Origin: Thermoanaerobaculia bacterium
Lineage (GTDB): Bacteria > Acidobacteriota > Thermoanaerobaculia > Multivoradales > Multivoraceae
Length of the DNA: 64,000 nucleotides
Assembly: GCA_963664405.1 (NCBI GenBank)
Contig: OY761158.1
Coordinates: 1,376,001 to 1,440,000 of the forward strand
Direction of reading: 5' to 3'
The notes beneath the pieces were generated by a model. It worked only from the letters and a program-made list of their open reading frames with translations. It searched no databases and was not told the origin of the DNA. The position numbers and the translations under genes are program-made. Positions 8,941 through 18,072 of the stretch are shown piece after piece. The stretch's first letter is position 1; each line of letters opens with the position of its first letter.

Positions 8941-10473
8941 CTAGCGATCGGCAGCCGGCAAAGCTAAATGCCGGCTCTCGTTCTCGCGAGCCGAAAAGAA
9001 GGCTGGCTGAGGGGCCTTCGTGCGTACCTGCTCGAGCCAGAAGACACCGTCGAACTCTCCCGAGTTTCCGCGCGTTGCGACGAAGTCGACGTCATCGTCG
9101 CCGTCCATGTCCAGCGCTACGAACTCGTCGAACATGCCCCTCACCCGACGCGACACGTCGTGGCGACGCCACTCGGCAGTGGGATCTCCCGAGTTCTCGA
9201 ACCACGCCAGGCGACCGACCCGGTCCTCGGCGGTCACTCCCTCGCCGTCACGATCGCGTGGCAGCGCACTGTAGCCGCCATCGAAGAGATCGAGATCACC
9301 GTCACTGTCGATGTCGGCGAAGACGATTCCGGTCACGTGATCCGGAAAGGTGTCGCCGATGGGGTGGATCTGCCAGGCGTCGGCAAGGTCTTCGGGCTGG
9401 CGCAGCCACACAACCAGATGCAGCGACTCCTGGAGCGCGATATCGAGGCGGCCATCCTGATCGAGATCCGCGAACGCCACGTTCATCGCGGTCAGTCGTC
9501 GCGGACCGCGGGCAAAGGGAACGTTACGACCACTCACGTCGATGGGATGCTCGACAAACCCCGTGTCGCCTCCAGGTAGCGAGTCCGCCCTTGAGGGCGG
9601 GGCCGCCGGGGGTGCCGTCCAGGTCCGTGGCCGGCCCGGATTCTCGTACCAGAAGGGCCTCACTTCGTAGCGACTGCCGCCGACGAGGTCGAGATCGCCG
9701 TCGCCGTCGAGATCGATCGGGTATGCGTTCATCGGCACCGGCAGGCGGGCGACCACACGCTCGCGCCAGCTCGCCGAGTCGAGAGGGTCGCCGGTGATCT
9801 CGAAGACGGAGACCTCCTTGGGCGGGAAGTCGGTGGGGATCGCTCCTCCCTCGGGCTGCTGCTCTCCTTTGTTTGGAGCTATCACTTCCAGATCACCGTC
9901 ACCGTCGAGATCGGCGACATAGACACGGATCCAGGAGCCGCGGCCTGCCGTCACCTCGGGGATGACCCTGGGCCACTTTCCCTCCCGCACGTCTGCGCCA
10001 GGGTTCTGAAAGTAGATGAGATGCTCGAGCTCGGCGGCGATCACGATATCGAGCCGTCCATCGCCGTTGATGTCGCCGATGGCCGCATCCTCAGCCGCGG
10101 CCACTTCGGAGCCCTCGCCGAGGGTCGCCAGCTGCCAGCGATCCGGGTCCGCCGAGCCGAAGGCGAGCCGTACGTGATCCGAGTCTTCGTGCACCGAGAC
10201 GATGTCGAGGTAGCCATCGCCGTCGAGATCGGCCATCTTCAAACCGTCGCCGCCGCGAATCGGTACGCCGCCAAGCTCTTCGTCGTCGATCCGATGCTCG
10301 CGCCAGGAGATCCAGGAGCCATCCGCCGCTCGCGCCTGGGAAGGGGTCTCGGCGACGGTCGGGATCGCAGCGTCCTTCTCCGCTGCGCCACTTCCAGACG
10401 CCACCGCGGTAGCCGCTACCGCCACACCGAGGACGCTTCTCCAGCACCCGGCGAGAGCTCTTCTACCTTTCAT
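8941..10473 (-). CDS. Secreted FG-GAP/VCBS repeat beta-propeller protein
   Basis: Signal peptide and about 7 DxDGDGxxD repeats; ATG 10473 follows a purine-rich RBS. Confidence 0.85.
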   Translation of the reverse strand: MKGRRALAGCWRSVLGVAVAATAVASGSGAAEKDAAIPTVAETPSQARAADGSWISWREHRIDDEELGGVPIRGGDGLKMADLDGDGYLDIVSVHEDSDHVRLAFGSADPDRWQLATLGEGSEVAAAEDAAIGDINGDGRLDIVIAAELEHLIYFQNPGADVREGKWPRVIPEVTAGRGSWIRVYVADLDGDGDLEVIAPNKGEQQPEGGAIPTDFPPKEVSVFEITGDPLDSASWRERVVARLPVPMNAYPIDLDGDGDLDLVGGSRYEVRPFWYENPGRPRTWTAPPAAPPSRADSLPGGDTGFVEHPIDVSGRNVPFARGPRRLTAMNVAFADLDQDGRLDIALQESLHLVVWLRQPEDLADAWQIHPIGDTFPDHVTGIVFADIDSDGDLDLFDGGYSALPRDRDGEGVTAEDRVGRLAWFENSGDPTAEWRRHDVSRRVRGMFDEFVALDMDGDDDVDFVATRGNSGEFDGVFWLEQVRTKAPQPAFFSARENESRHLALPAADR

Positions 10474-10498
10474 CGTTCTTCCCTCCCCCTCTTTCAGC

Positions 10499-10527
10499 CT
10501 AGTGCCATGTCGGAGACACAACACTAG
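10499..10527. repeat. Collapsed 29-bp remnant of the CTAG-bounded hairpin element
   Basis: CTAGTGCC joined directly to ATGTCGGAGACACAACACTAG, which are the two ends of the 14517-14682 copy. Confidence 0.75.
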
Positions 10528-11504
10528 AACATCGCCAGCGGGTTGACTGGGCTTCCGGTCACTCCGGCGAGACGCAGCGGAGCGAGCTGGAAAAGGAACT
10601 CCCAGCGACCCTCCGCCTCACAGCGCTCGGCAAGCTCTTCGAGGTCACAGTTGTCGAGCAGCCACAGACCCATCGCCACGATGCCGACCGCGTGGACCGG
10701 GCTTCGTAGCTTGTCGTACCCGGAGGGGTGGACGTCCTGCGCGGTGTCGCAGCCGATCATGGCGACTTCCCGCTCGTGCATCCATGGAGTGCAGGACACG
10801 TGCCATCCGGCCCTGCCTTCTTTGGCGGTGTCGTCGGGACCATGCTGCCGCTTGCGCCTGCCGTAGCCGGTGCGCAACAGCACCGCGTCTCCGCGCTCGA
10901 CGGTCACTCCCTGCCTCTGCTCGGCTGCGGCGATGTCGGCGGGTAGAACCCCCTCACCGGGCTCGAGCCAATCGACTCCTCTTGTCGCCGGTATGTCGAG
11001 AAGCACGCCGCGCGTGACGATGCCCTCGGGCACCGCGTTCATCGCGTGCCAGGTCGCCCCTTCGCGTGAGCTGACCCAGGCCGCCGGTTTATCGTTGTAC
11101 ATCCGGCCGTCCCAGAAGTAGTGCGAAAGCGCATCTAGATGGGTCACGCTGTAGCCGTGAAAGGCGAGGCCGATGTGCTCGGAGGCCCCGGCCCAACGCG
11201 GCGGCTCGGTCATCTCGGGTCGCAGCACACGCCCCTCCTCGAGCAGACCCTGCCCGGTGGCGAGCATGAATCGCTGCGGCGTTCCCGTCACATGATCGAC
11301 AGCGGGCTGAAAGTCGATGTCCCAGGCGCAGGAGACGACCTCTCCGCTCGCCACCAGGCGGGCGGCCTCGACTCGCTTCTGAGGAGTCAGGTAGTTGAGC
11401 GTTCCGCGCTGGTCGTCGCCTCCCCAGCGGTCCCAGTTCGACAGGCTCTCGAAGTACTCGAGGACTTCCGCCTCGGATGGAACGGCTACCTCGGTGTCAC
11501 TCAT
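10524..11504 (-). CDS. Cyclase/kynurenine formamidase-family metal hydrolase
   Basis: NWDRWGGDDQRGTLN, HGYSVTHLDALSH, RGVLLD, GDAVLLRTG, GSPVNPLA. Confidence 0.88.
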   Translation of the reverse strand: MSDTEVAVPSEAEVLEYFESLSNWDRWGGDDQRGTLNYLTPQKRVEAARLVASGEVVSCAWDIDFQPAVDHVTGTPQRFMLATGQGLLEEGRVLRPEMTEPPRWAGASEHIGLAFHGYSVTHLDALSHYFWDGRMYNDKPAAWVSSREGATWHAMNAVPEGIVTRGVLLDIPATRGVDWLEPGEGVLPADIAAAEQRQGVTVERGDAVLLRTGYGRRKRQHGPDDTAKEGRAGWHVSCTPWMHEREVAMIGCDTAQDVHPSGYDKLRSPVHAVGIVAMGLWLLDNCDLEELAERCEAEGRWEFLFQLAPLRLAGVTGSPVNPLAMF

Positions 11505-11576
11505 GGAACCCTCAACGCTGTCCGTAGCGAATATGAAGCAAGGCGTGAGTGCGCCGTCCTCGGCGCTAGAAGGCAA

Positions 11577-11616
11577 CGAGCGAGGGGAAATGATACCCAT
11601 CATTTTCTCTCGCTCG
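11577..11616. repeat. Hairpin with AAATGAT-ACCC-ATCATTT apex (copy 1)
   Basis: 18-bp stem including G-T pairs; the 20-mer GGAAATGATACCCATCATTT recurs at 19326. Confidence 0.7.
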
Positions 11617-11662
11617 GGCAGTATACTTTCGACAGTCTCGCTCCTACGGAATCGGAAGCATC

Positions 11663-13678
11663 ATGGCCAAAGCGGCAGATTCCCCCCCTTCGATCGAGCC
11701 CCCCCCCATCCGCAGCCGGACCCGACCGATCGCCTTCTTCCTCCTCACTTTCGTCGTCGCCCTGCTCCCCCTCCTCGCCTTCTTCACCCAGGAGCCGCAG
11801 CTCTATGGCAACGACGCCTACTACCACCTCGCCATCGCCCGAACCTACTTCGAAGAAGGCATCGTCGACGATCTACGCTGGGTACGCTTCAGTGCCCTCG
11901 GCGAAGGCTTCGGCGACAAAGAAGTTCTCTTTCACCTTCTGCTCGCTCCTTTTGCGGGCCTGGCCGCCAACCCCGTTCTCGGCGGCCAGATCGCACTCTC
12001 TCTCCTCCTCGCCGGCCTCTTTGCCTCGATTGCGGTGCTCGCCCGACCGATCCTCGGAAATTGGGCGATCCTGCTCCCCTTCTGGCTCGTCTTCGCTTCG
12101 ACCGAAATGGCTTGGCGATGGGTGCGCCTCCGCCCTGAGCTCCTCTCCCTCCTGGTCCTGCTATGGGCCCTCTGGGCGATCGCCCAACGGCGCTTCCGCC
12201 TGCTCGGGCTTCTCGCCCTCATCTACACGCTGAGCTACACCGCCTTCCACGCGTTCCTCGGCCTCTGCGTCTTGATCTTCCTCTTTCAGGCCCTGGCGCG
12301 GCGCGACCGCCAGATCCAGCTCCTGCTATACCCGTCCCTGGGAGTCGGCATCGGCCTCATCGCCCACCCCCACTTCCCCAAGAACATCGAGATCTGGGTG
12401 CTTCAGAGCGTCGAATACTTTCGCCGCCAGGGCGCCCTGGATGTGGGCAGCGAGATTCGACCCAACTTCACCGACGTGACCCTGATGGTCAATCTCGGCT
12501 TCTTCATCAGCGTGATCGTTCTCTTGCTCTCTACCGTCGAGCGGGGCCGAGGCGACAGCGAAGAAAGAGCGACCAACAGACGGGCCGCGGATGCCTTCGC
12601 CATCGCCGCCACCGCCTTCACAGTCCTCTATTTGCTGATGTCTCGCTTCTCCACCTATGCCTTCCCCCTCATCACCCTCTGGGTGCTTTACGAGATCGCC
12701 AGCCGAGGCAGAGGAATCGGCTCTTCGACCCGAGTTCCCTGGCGCGGCGGGCGCATACCCCTCGCCCTGGCACTGCTCGTACCTCTTGCAGTCGGAGCGC
12801 CGGAGGCACGGCGGCAGTGGCAGACCTACCGCAGCCGTATCGACGCCGGCCCCAACGATCTGCGGGTACGGGATCGCGAGGAGCTGGCGGCCGCGCTCCC
12901 CACTGGGGCCAAGGTCGCAGCCACCTGGCGCCAGACACCGGTGTACATGCTCTGGGCCCCTCAGGCTGCCTATATGAACGTGCTCGACCCGGTTTTTCTG
13001 GCGGCGCACGATCCCGCGCGCCACACTCTGCAGAATCGGGTCTTCACCGGCGAGGAGCCGGACGTGCCTCTCGCCGTCGGCACCGGCCTCGACAGTCAGT
13101 ATCTCGCCTACTCGCAGTACGAAGGCACCGAAGACCTGAGCGCTCGCCTGGCGACGGACTCTCGAGTTGTGCAACGTCATCACGGCTTCAACTTTCTCTG
13201 GGAGATCGTGCCAGAGAAAAACGGATCTTTCCTCCTCGATTGGCGAGTGGTGCCTCACGAGGTGGCTGAGGCCCTGGATCCGGCGAAGGCGAAGCGGTCG
13301 CTCGAACCTCGCTCCGCGGTCGAGCGCAACGGCTGGCTACCCTACCCCCGCTCCGCCAACCCATTCGGCGCGGCGCTGGAAGGCTACGTCGACACCCGTC
13401 GTCTCGGCGAGGACCCAGGCTGCGTGGCACTCTCCCACGAGCTGAGCAGCGAGAGCGAAGTCACTTGGCAGCTCGAGCTCGCACCCTGGGGGCCCTCGAC
13501 CGCGTGGCTCAACGGCAATCTCGCAGTGCAGGTCGCCGGAGAGCCCCATGCAGTTCTCGGCGAGGGCACCATATTCGCGGCCAACCTCATCGAAGGCCTC
13601 AACGTTCTCGACGTGCTCACCTGTCCCGGCAAGGATCCACTCGGGCCGCGCGGCTTCTACCTCCAGCGCATCGGCTAG
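11663..13678 (+). CDS. Polytopic membrane protein, probable GT-C-fold glycosyltransferase with soluble C-terminal domain
   Basis: D-x-Y-Y-H motif after the first TM helix, LRPE motif, about 11 hydrophobic segments. Confidence 0.55.
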   Translation: MAKAADSPPSIEPPPIRSRTRPIAFFLLTFVVALLPLLAFFTQEPQLYGNDAYYHLAIARTYFEEGIVDDLRWVRFSALGEGFGDKEVLFHLLLAPFAGLAANPVLGGQIALSLLLAGLFASIAVLARPILGNWAILLPFWLVFASTEMAWRWVRLRPELLSLLVLLWALWAIAQRRFRLLGLLALIYTLSYTAFHAFLGLCVLIFLFQALARRDRQIQLLLYPSLGVGIGLIAHPHFPKNIEIWVLQSVEYFRRQGALDVGSEIRPNFTDVTLMVNLGFFISVIVLLLSTVERGRGDSEERATNRRAADAFAIAATAFTVLYLLMSRFSTYAFPLITLWVLYEIASRGRGIGSSTRVPWRGGRIPLALALLVPLAVGAPEARRQWQTYRSRIDAGPNDLRVRDREELAAALPTGAKVAATWRQTPVYMLWAPQAAYMNVLDPVFLAAHDPARHTLQNRVFTGEEPDVPLAVGTGLDSQYLAYSQYEGTEDLSARLATDSRVVQRHHGFNFLWEIVPEKNGSFLLDWRVVPHEVAEALDPAKAKRSLEPRSAVERNGWLPYPRSANPFGAALEGYVDTRRLGEDPGCVALSHELSSESEVTWQLELAPWGPSTAWLNGNLAVQVAGEPHAVLGEGTIFAANLIEGLNVLDVLTCPGKDPLGPRGFYLQRIG

Positions 13679-13774
13679 CCTCGCTTCCTCGCCAGAGGCG
13701 GCCGGCCCCCAAGATCACGACCCGAAGAGACTCTGGTCGTCTCAGTGGCCTGTTATTCTGAGAAGATCGATCCA

Positions 13775-13939
13775 ATGAGCGTTCCTGACAGTCGCTACCG
13801 ACACTCCGTTCGCATTCGCTATGGCGAAGTCGACCAGCAGGGCGTGGCTTACAACGCTCACTACATGGTCTATATCGACGAGGTTCTCGAGGGCTGGATC
13901 GCCATCGCTCTCTTCGTAGCGGAGAGAGCGACGATTTGA
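13775..13939 (+). pseudogene. Truncated 4HBT/YbgC-like acyl-CoA thioesterase
   Basis: VRIRYGEVDQQGVAYNAHYMVYID motif, but only 54 aa (a hotdog fold normally needs about 130 aa). Confidence 0.7.
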
Positions 13940-14520
13940 GCGCGGCTCCTGCCCCTCTTCCCCGAGATTTCTTCGAGCGGGACTCTCGCGAGATCGCTCC
14001 TCTGCTCCTCAACAAGATCCTCGTCTGCCGGGGCCTGAGCGGTCGCATCGTCGAAGTCGAAGCCTACGCCGGTGCCGAAGACCCGGCCAGCCATGCCTAT
14101 CGTGGCGAAACACGGCGAAACGCGACCATGTTCGGGCCAGGAGGCCACCTCTACGTGTATTTCACCTACGGGATGCACTGGTGCGCCAACACGGTCTGTG
14201 GCAGCGAGGGCGTCGCGTCGGCGGTACTTCTGCGGGCTCTTGCACCCATCGAAGGGGTCGGCTGTATGCGGGAGCGGCGGGGTCGCAAACACCCCGATCG
14301 CTTGCTCTGCGCCGGCCCGGCACGTCTCTGCCAGGCGCTCGCAATCGACGGTGACGACGACGGCACGGATCTCGTGGCCGGGAGCCATGACATCCGCATC
14401 GTCGACGACGGAAGGCGCCCGCCGGCGCGACCCGGACGCAGCCGCCGAATCGGCCTATCGAAGGCTCTCGAGCATCGCTGGCGCTGGTTCGTCGAGGGCG
14501 ACCCAAACCTGAGCCGCTAG
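13936..14520 (+). CDS. mpg: DNA-3-methyladenine glycosylase (AAG/MPG family)
   Basis: GRIVEVEAY, DPASHAY, MFGPGGHLYVYFTYGMHWCAN, AVLLRA, GPARLCQAL. Confidence 0.95.
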   Translation: MSAAPAPLPRDFFERDSREIAPLLLNKILVCRGLSGRIVEVEAYAGAEDPASHAYRGETRRNATMFGPGGHLYVYFTYGMHWCANTVCGSEGVASAVLLRALAPIEGVGCMRERRGRKHPDRLLCAGPARLCQALAIDGDDDGTDLVAGSHDIRIVDDGRRPPARPGRSRRIGLSKALEHRWRWFVEGDPNLSR

Positions 14521-14682
14521 TGCCGTGTCTCCGACATGGCTTACCAAGATCTCGGCCCCTTTTGCCCGCTGTCGTCGTCGCGACTCGTCGACATATTCCC
14601 AATATGCCTGCCTCGCCGCTCCTTGACAGCGAACTAAATGACCTCGAGCTCTTGGCAAGCTATGTCGGAGACACAACACTAG
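14517..14682. mobile_element. 166-bp CTAG-bounded MITE/REP-like hairpin element (copy A)
   Basis: CTAG at both ends; arms GTGTCTCCGACATGGCTT / AAGCTATGTCGGAGACAC; core shared with 56636-56801. Confidence 0.75.
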
Positions 14683-14721
14683 CAGGTACACTTCCCCGAT
14701 AACTTTCTCGAGAGGTCCTAG

Positions 14722-15897
14722 ATGCCAAGCAATACGATCAACGAAAAACGCGCCCTTCGACACCTTCTCGACCTCCTCAAGATCGAGGGACTGAGCGGGG
14801 GCGAGGGCGATGTCGCCATAGCGGTCAAGGAGAGGCTCCTGGCAGCAGGCTGCAAGGCCTCGTGGATGAGGCACGACAAGGTAAATCGCAAGATCCCTGG
14901 TGATTTCGAGATCGGCAATCTCATCGTCAAGATCCCCGGTACTCGCTCAGGACGGCGGCGCTTGTTCATGGGTCATTTGGATACTGTGCCCCTGTGCCGG
15001 GGCGCACGGCCCGTGCGCAAAGGGAATCGCATCACCAGCTCTGCCGAGACTGCACTCGGAGGCGACAACCGCACCGCCGTCGGTGCCCTCGTAACTCTGG
15101 TGGAAACGCTGCTGACTAAGGGCCTGGACCACCCGCCCCTGACCGTCCTCTTCACGGTCGGAGAGGAAGTCGGTTTGTGGGGCGCCCGCCTTGTCGAGCT
15201 CGCCGATCTCGGCAACCCGGCCATGGGGTTCAACATCGACGGCGGCAAGCCGGGCAAGATCGTCACCGGCGCCATCGGCGCGGATCGCTGGGAGGCTCAT
15301 ATACTCGGCCGCTCATCCCATGCCGGCGTCGCTCCTGAAGCAGGTATTTCCGCTGCCCTCATCACCAGCCGTGCGATCGCCGACGTGGCCCGAAAAGGCT
15401 ACTTCGGAAAGATCAAGAAGCGGCGGCGCCACGGCACTTCGAATGTCGGGACGATCCGGGGCGGAGAGGCCTCCAACCAGGTCACCGACTACATGCTGGT
15501 GCGCGGCGAGTCGAGAAGCCACCACCCGGACCTGACCGACGAGATCACCGGGGCCTACCGCACAGCCTTCGAGCAGGCTGCCAGGGGGCTTCAAAACGAC
15601 CGCGGACAGTGTGGCTCGATCGATTTTCGTACCGAGCGGGACTACGAAGCCTTCACCATGCCGGACGACTCTCCTCCGGTGGAGTTGGCCCTGGGCTGCG
15701 CGCGCAAGCTCCGTCTGCGCCCGAGCACAGTGACCGTCGACGGCGGTCTCGACGCCAACTACCTCAACGCGAAGGGCGTGCCGACCGTCACTCTCGGCGG
15801 CGGTCAGTATCTTCCTCATACCGTCGACGAGTATGTGGATGTCAAGGATTACTTGACCGGCTGCCGGCTCCTGGTGGCGATCGCCAAAGCTCCCTAG
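14722..15897 (+). CDS. M20 family metallopeptidase (peptidase T-like)
   Basis: GHLDTV, LGGDNR, TVGEEVGLWGA, HAGVAPEAG, GGLDAN, HTVDE. Confidence 0.88.
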   Translation: MPSNTINEKRALRHLLDLLKIEGLSGGEGDVAIAVKERLLAAGCKASWMRHDKVNRKIPGDFEIGNLIVKIPGTRSGRRRLFMGHLDTVPLCRGARPVRKGNRITSSAETALGGDNRTAVGALVTLVETLLTKGLDHPPLTVLFTVGEEVGLWGARLVELADLGNPAMGFNIDGGKPGKIVTGAIGADRWEAHILGRSSHAGVAPEAGISAALITSRAIADVARKGYFGKIKKRRRHGTSNVGTIRGGEASNQVTDYMLVRGESRSHHPDLTDEITGAYRTAFEQAARGLQNDRGQCGSIDFRTERDYEAFTMPDDSPPVELALGCARKLRLRPSTVTVDGGLDANYLNAKGVPTVTLGGGQYLPHTVDEYVDVKDYLTGCRLLVAIAKAP

Positions 15898-16094
15898 ACA
15901 TATCTGCTGCCCAGAAGGGGCCTCGCCGGCTTCTGGGCTCCTCAAAGCTCCTTGAATTGGGGCGGGGGGTTCTGCGCCCGCGCGCATCTAACCCCACAAG
16001 AAGAGAAAACCGTGTCGCCAGCGGCGCCGCGGAGCGGCTCCCTCGAGTGCGTCGAAGGACCGCAAGCGTAATGACCCATTCAGGAGCGAATCAA

Positions 16095-17108
16095 ATGAGA
16101 ATCTCGAGAATCCCCCGCCATCGCCGCTACCTCGCCCTCTTTCCAGGCCTGGCACTGTTTACCACCCTGCTGCTTGTCGGCGCCACAACCAGCTTTGCGA
16201 CCGGGTGCGAAGACACCGCCGATGCGATGCTGCTCTCCTGCCTTCACGAGGGCAAGGACGACTTCTGGTCAGGTACCGGCATCTGTCTCAACGGAACGGA
16301 CGGCAGGTGCCAGAGAGGTGTCAGAAAGGAGCAGAAGGCGATGAAGAGGGAGTGCCGGGCACAGCACGAAGCCCGCCTCGAGCTCTGCGACGATCTGGGC
16401 GAGGATCGCTACGACCCGTCGTGGGACCCAGATGACTTCACCGATGACTTCAATGGCCTGAACCCCTACTTCCCGCTGGAGGTCGGCAACTTCTGGGTCC
16501 TCGAGGGCGGCGGGGAAACGATCGCGATCGAGGTTCTCGACGAGACCAAGTACATCGATGGCGTCACCTGCATCGTCGTCAGGGACCTCGTTAGTGAAGA
16601 CGACGAGGATCTCGAAGACACCGACGACTGGTACGGCCAAGCCACCAATGGAGACGTCCACTACTGCGGCGAGCTCTCTCGTGACTTCGTCTATGTCGAG
16701 GGAGACATGCCGCTACTCCGAGAGCTCTTCGAGATCGAGGGCTCCTTCAAGGCTGGACGAGACGGCGACAAGCCGGGGATCTTGATGTTCAGTAGCCCGA
16801 TGACTGGACAGAAGTACCGGCAGGAGTGGTCCCTCGGCAACGCCGAAGACGTAGCCGAGGTCCTCTCTCACACCTACAGCTTCGGTTCGGATCCGGACCT
16901 CGACGAGTTTGCACCCGCAGGCCTGGTGAATCTCCTGTGCAACGGCGACTGTGTAGTGACGGAAGACTCATCACCTCACGATCCCGGCGAGGTGGAGTAC
17001 AAGTACTACGCTCCCGGTATCGGCCTTTTTCTTGAAGTCAAGCCGGAGGACGGCGAGGTTTTCGAGCTCGTCGAGTGCAACATGGACGCCCGCTGCAACA
17101 TGCTCTGA
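16095..17108 (+). CDS. Secreted Cys-rich, acidic hypothetical protein
   Basis: AGGAG RBS, signal peptide, Cys-rich N-terminal domain, then NPYFPL...DWYGQ..GDVHYCGE...KYYAPGIG domain. Confidence 0.7.
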   Translation: MRISRIPRHRRYLALFPGLALFTTLLLVGATTSFATGCEDTADAMLLSCLHEGKDDFWSGTGICLNGTDGRCQRGVRKEQKAMKRECRAQHEARLELCDDLGEDRYDPSWDPDDFTDDFNGLNPYFPLEVGNFWVLEGGGETIAIEVLDETKYIDGVTCIVVRDLVSEDDEDLEDTDDWYGQATNGDVHYCGELSRDFVYVEGDMPLLRELFEIEGSFKAGRDGDKPGILMFSSPMTGQKYRQEWSLGNAEDVAEVLSHTYSFGSDPDLDEFAPAGLVNLLCNGDCVVTEDSSPHDPGEVEYKYYAPGIGLFLEVKPEDGEVFELVECNMDARCNML

Positions 17109-17137
17109 GTCTTCGTCGGCTAACCGAATCAGACCCC

Positions 17138-17182
17138 AGAGGCGGGAGGCTCGGCGAGTGCGTCGGGCCTCTCGCCTTTCTT
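17138..17182 (+). terminator. Long hairpin, probable intrinsic terminator or 3' stabiliser
   Basis: 19-bp stem with G-U pairs (so plus-strand RNA specific), AGTG loop, ending in TTTCTT, 30 nt after a stop codon. Confidence 0.6.
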
Positions 17183-17266
17183 GCGTCGGCAGCACCTCGC
17201 GCCTAATGATGGCATCGTCGTTTCGCAATAATTCGATAGAATATGTGCGACTCGAGGAGAACCGTC

Positions 17267-18034
17267 ATGAAACCTGCTCGAAGCGCAATTGCACTGCTCT
17301 GCCTCTCTCTGATCGCTGTAGTCCCGGCGGCGGCTGATGTCTTCGTAACCCGAGATGGCCAGAGATTCGAGACCCAGGGGCCGTGGGAAGAAAAATCAGG
17401 CCGGCTGGTCTTCACCTCGTCGAAGGGAGTCCTTTCGTCGATCAGACTGACTGAGGTCGATATCGACGAGAGTCGCAAGGCGACCGAAGCAGCTGCAAAC
17501 CCGCCAGCCAAGGCACCGCCTGTTGTCAAGGAGCGCGCCAAGCCGGTTCTCGTGCTCACCGACGAGAGTCTACGGCCACGGCAGGATCCGATGGTCCAGC
17601 CAAGCGCACCGGCCACTGGCGCCGAGATCCAAGTGCCGCAGGACGAGCTCGAGGCCGCGATGACGGAGCTCACCGGTGAGCTGGGAAAGGCGATGGAAGA
17701 GATGGGCGAGGTGCTCGTCGAGGGTGTTACCGAGGGGATGGAGCAGATGGGCGACATGCTCGGTGGATTGATGGGTGCTCTGGCCGAGATGGCTCCTCGT
17801 CTCCAGCGCCTGGAGACCGAGTACGACCTCGACTCCGCTGACGGCATCAGGGCTGCGGCGCCGGAGCTCGAGGCAGTGGCCGGCGAGATGCGCCAGAAAG
17901 CGAGCGCCGCTGAAGACCCCAGTGTCGCAGAGATGCTGCGCTCGATGGCAGATCAGATGAAAGAAGTGGCGGGTCTGGCTCGTACTGATCCTGAAGCCGC
18001 ACTGGCGAAGCGTAAAGACAGTCCACAGATCTAA
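17267..18034 (+). CDS. Secreted hypothetical protein with helical Met/Glu-rich C-terminus
   Basis: GAGGAG RBS, signal peptide ending AAA-D, long ORF. Confidence 0.7.
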   Translation: MKPARSAIALLCLSLIAVVPAAADVFVTRDGQRFETQGPWEEKSGRLVFTSSKGVLSSIRLTEVDIDESRKATEAAANPPAKAPPVVKERAKPVLVLTDESLRPRQDPMVQPSAPATGAEIQVPQDELEAAMTELTGELGKAMEEMGEVLVEGVTEGMEQMGDMLGGLMGALAEMAPRLQRLETEYDLDSADGIRAAAPELEAVAGEMRQKASAAEDPSVAEMLRSMADQMKEVAGLARTDPEAALAKRKDSPQI

Positions 18035-18072
18035 ACGCGCCGACACTCGTCTCGGCGGAGTAGAATCCAGGG

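Noticed and set aside
9100-10240. Recurrent TCGCCGTCGAGATC-like sequences
   Set aside because: Codon-level echo of FG-GAP DxDGDG repeats.
15909-15938. GCCCAGAAG/CTTCTGGGC hairpin after the peptidase gene
   Set aside because: Possible terminator, but it has a large loop and no U-tract; ordinary and weakly supported.
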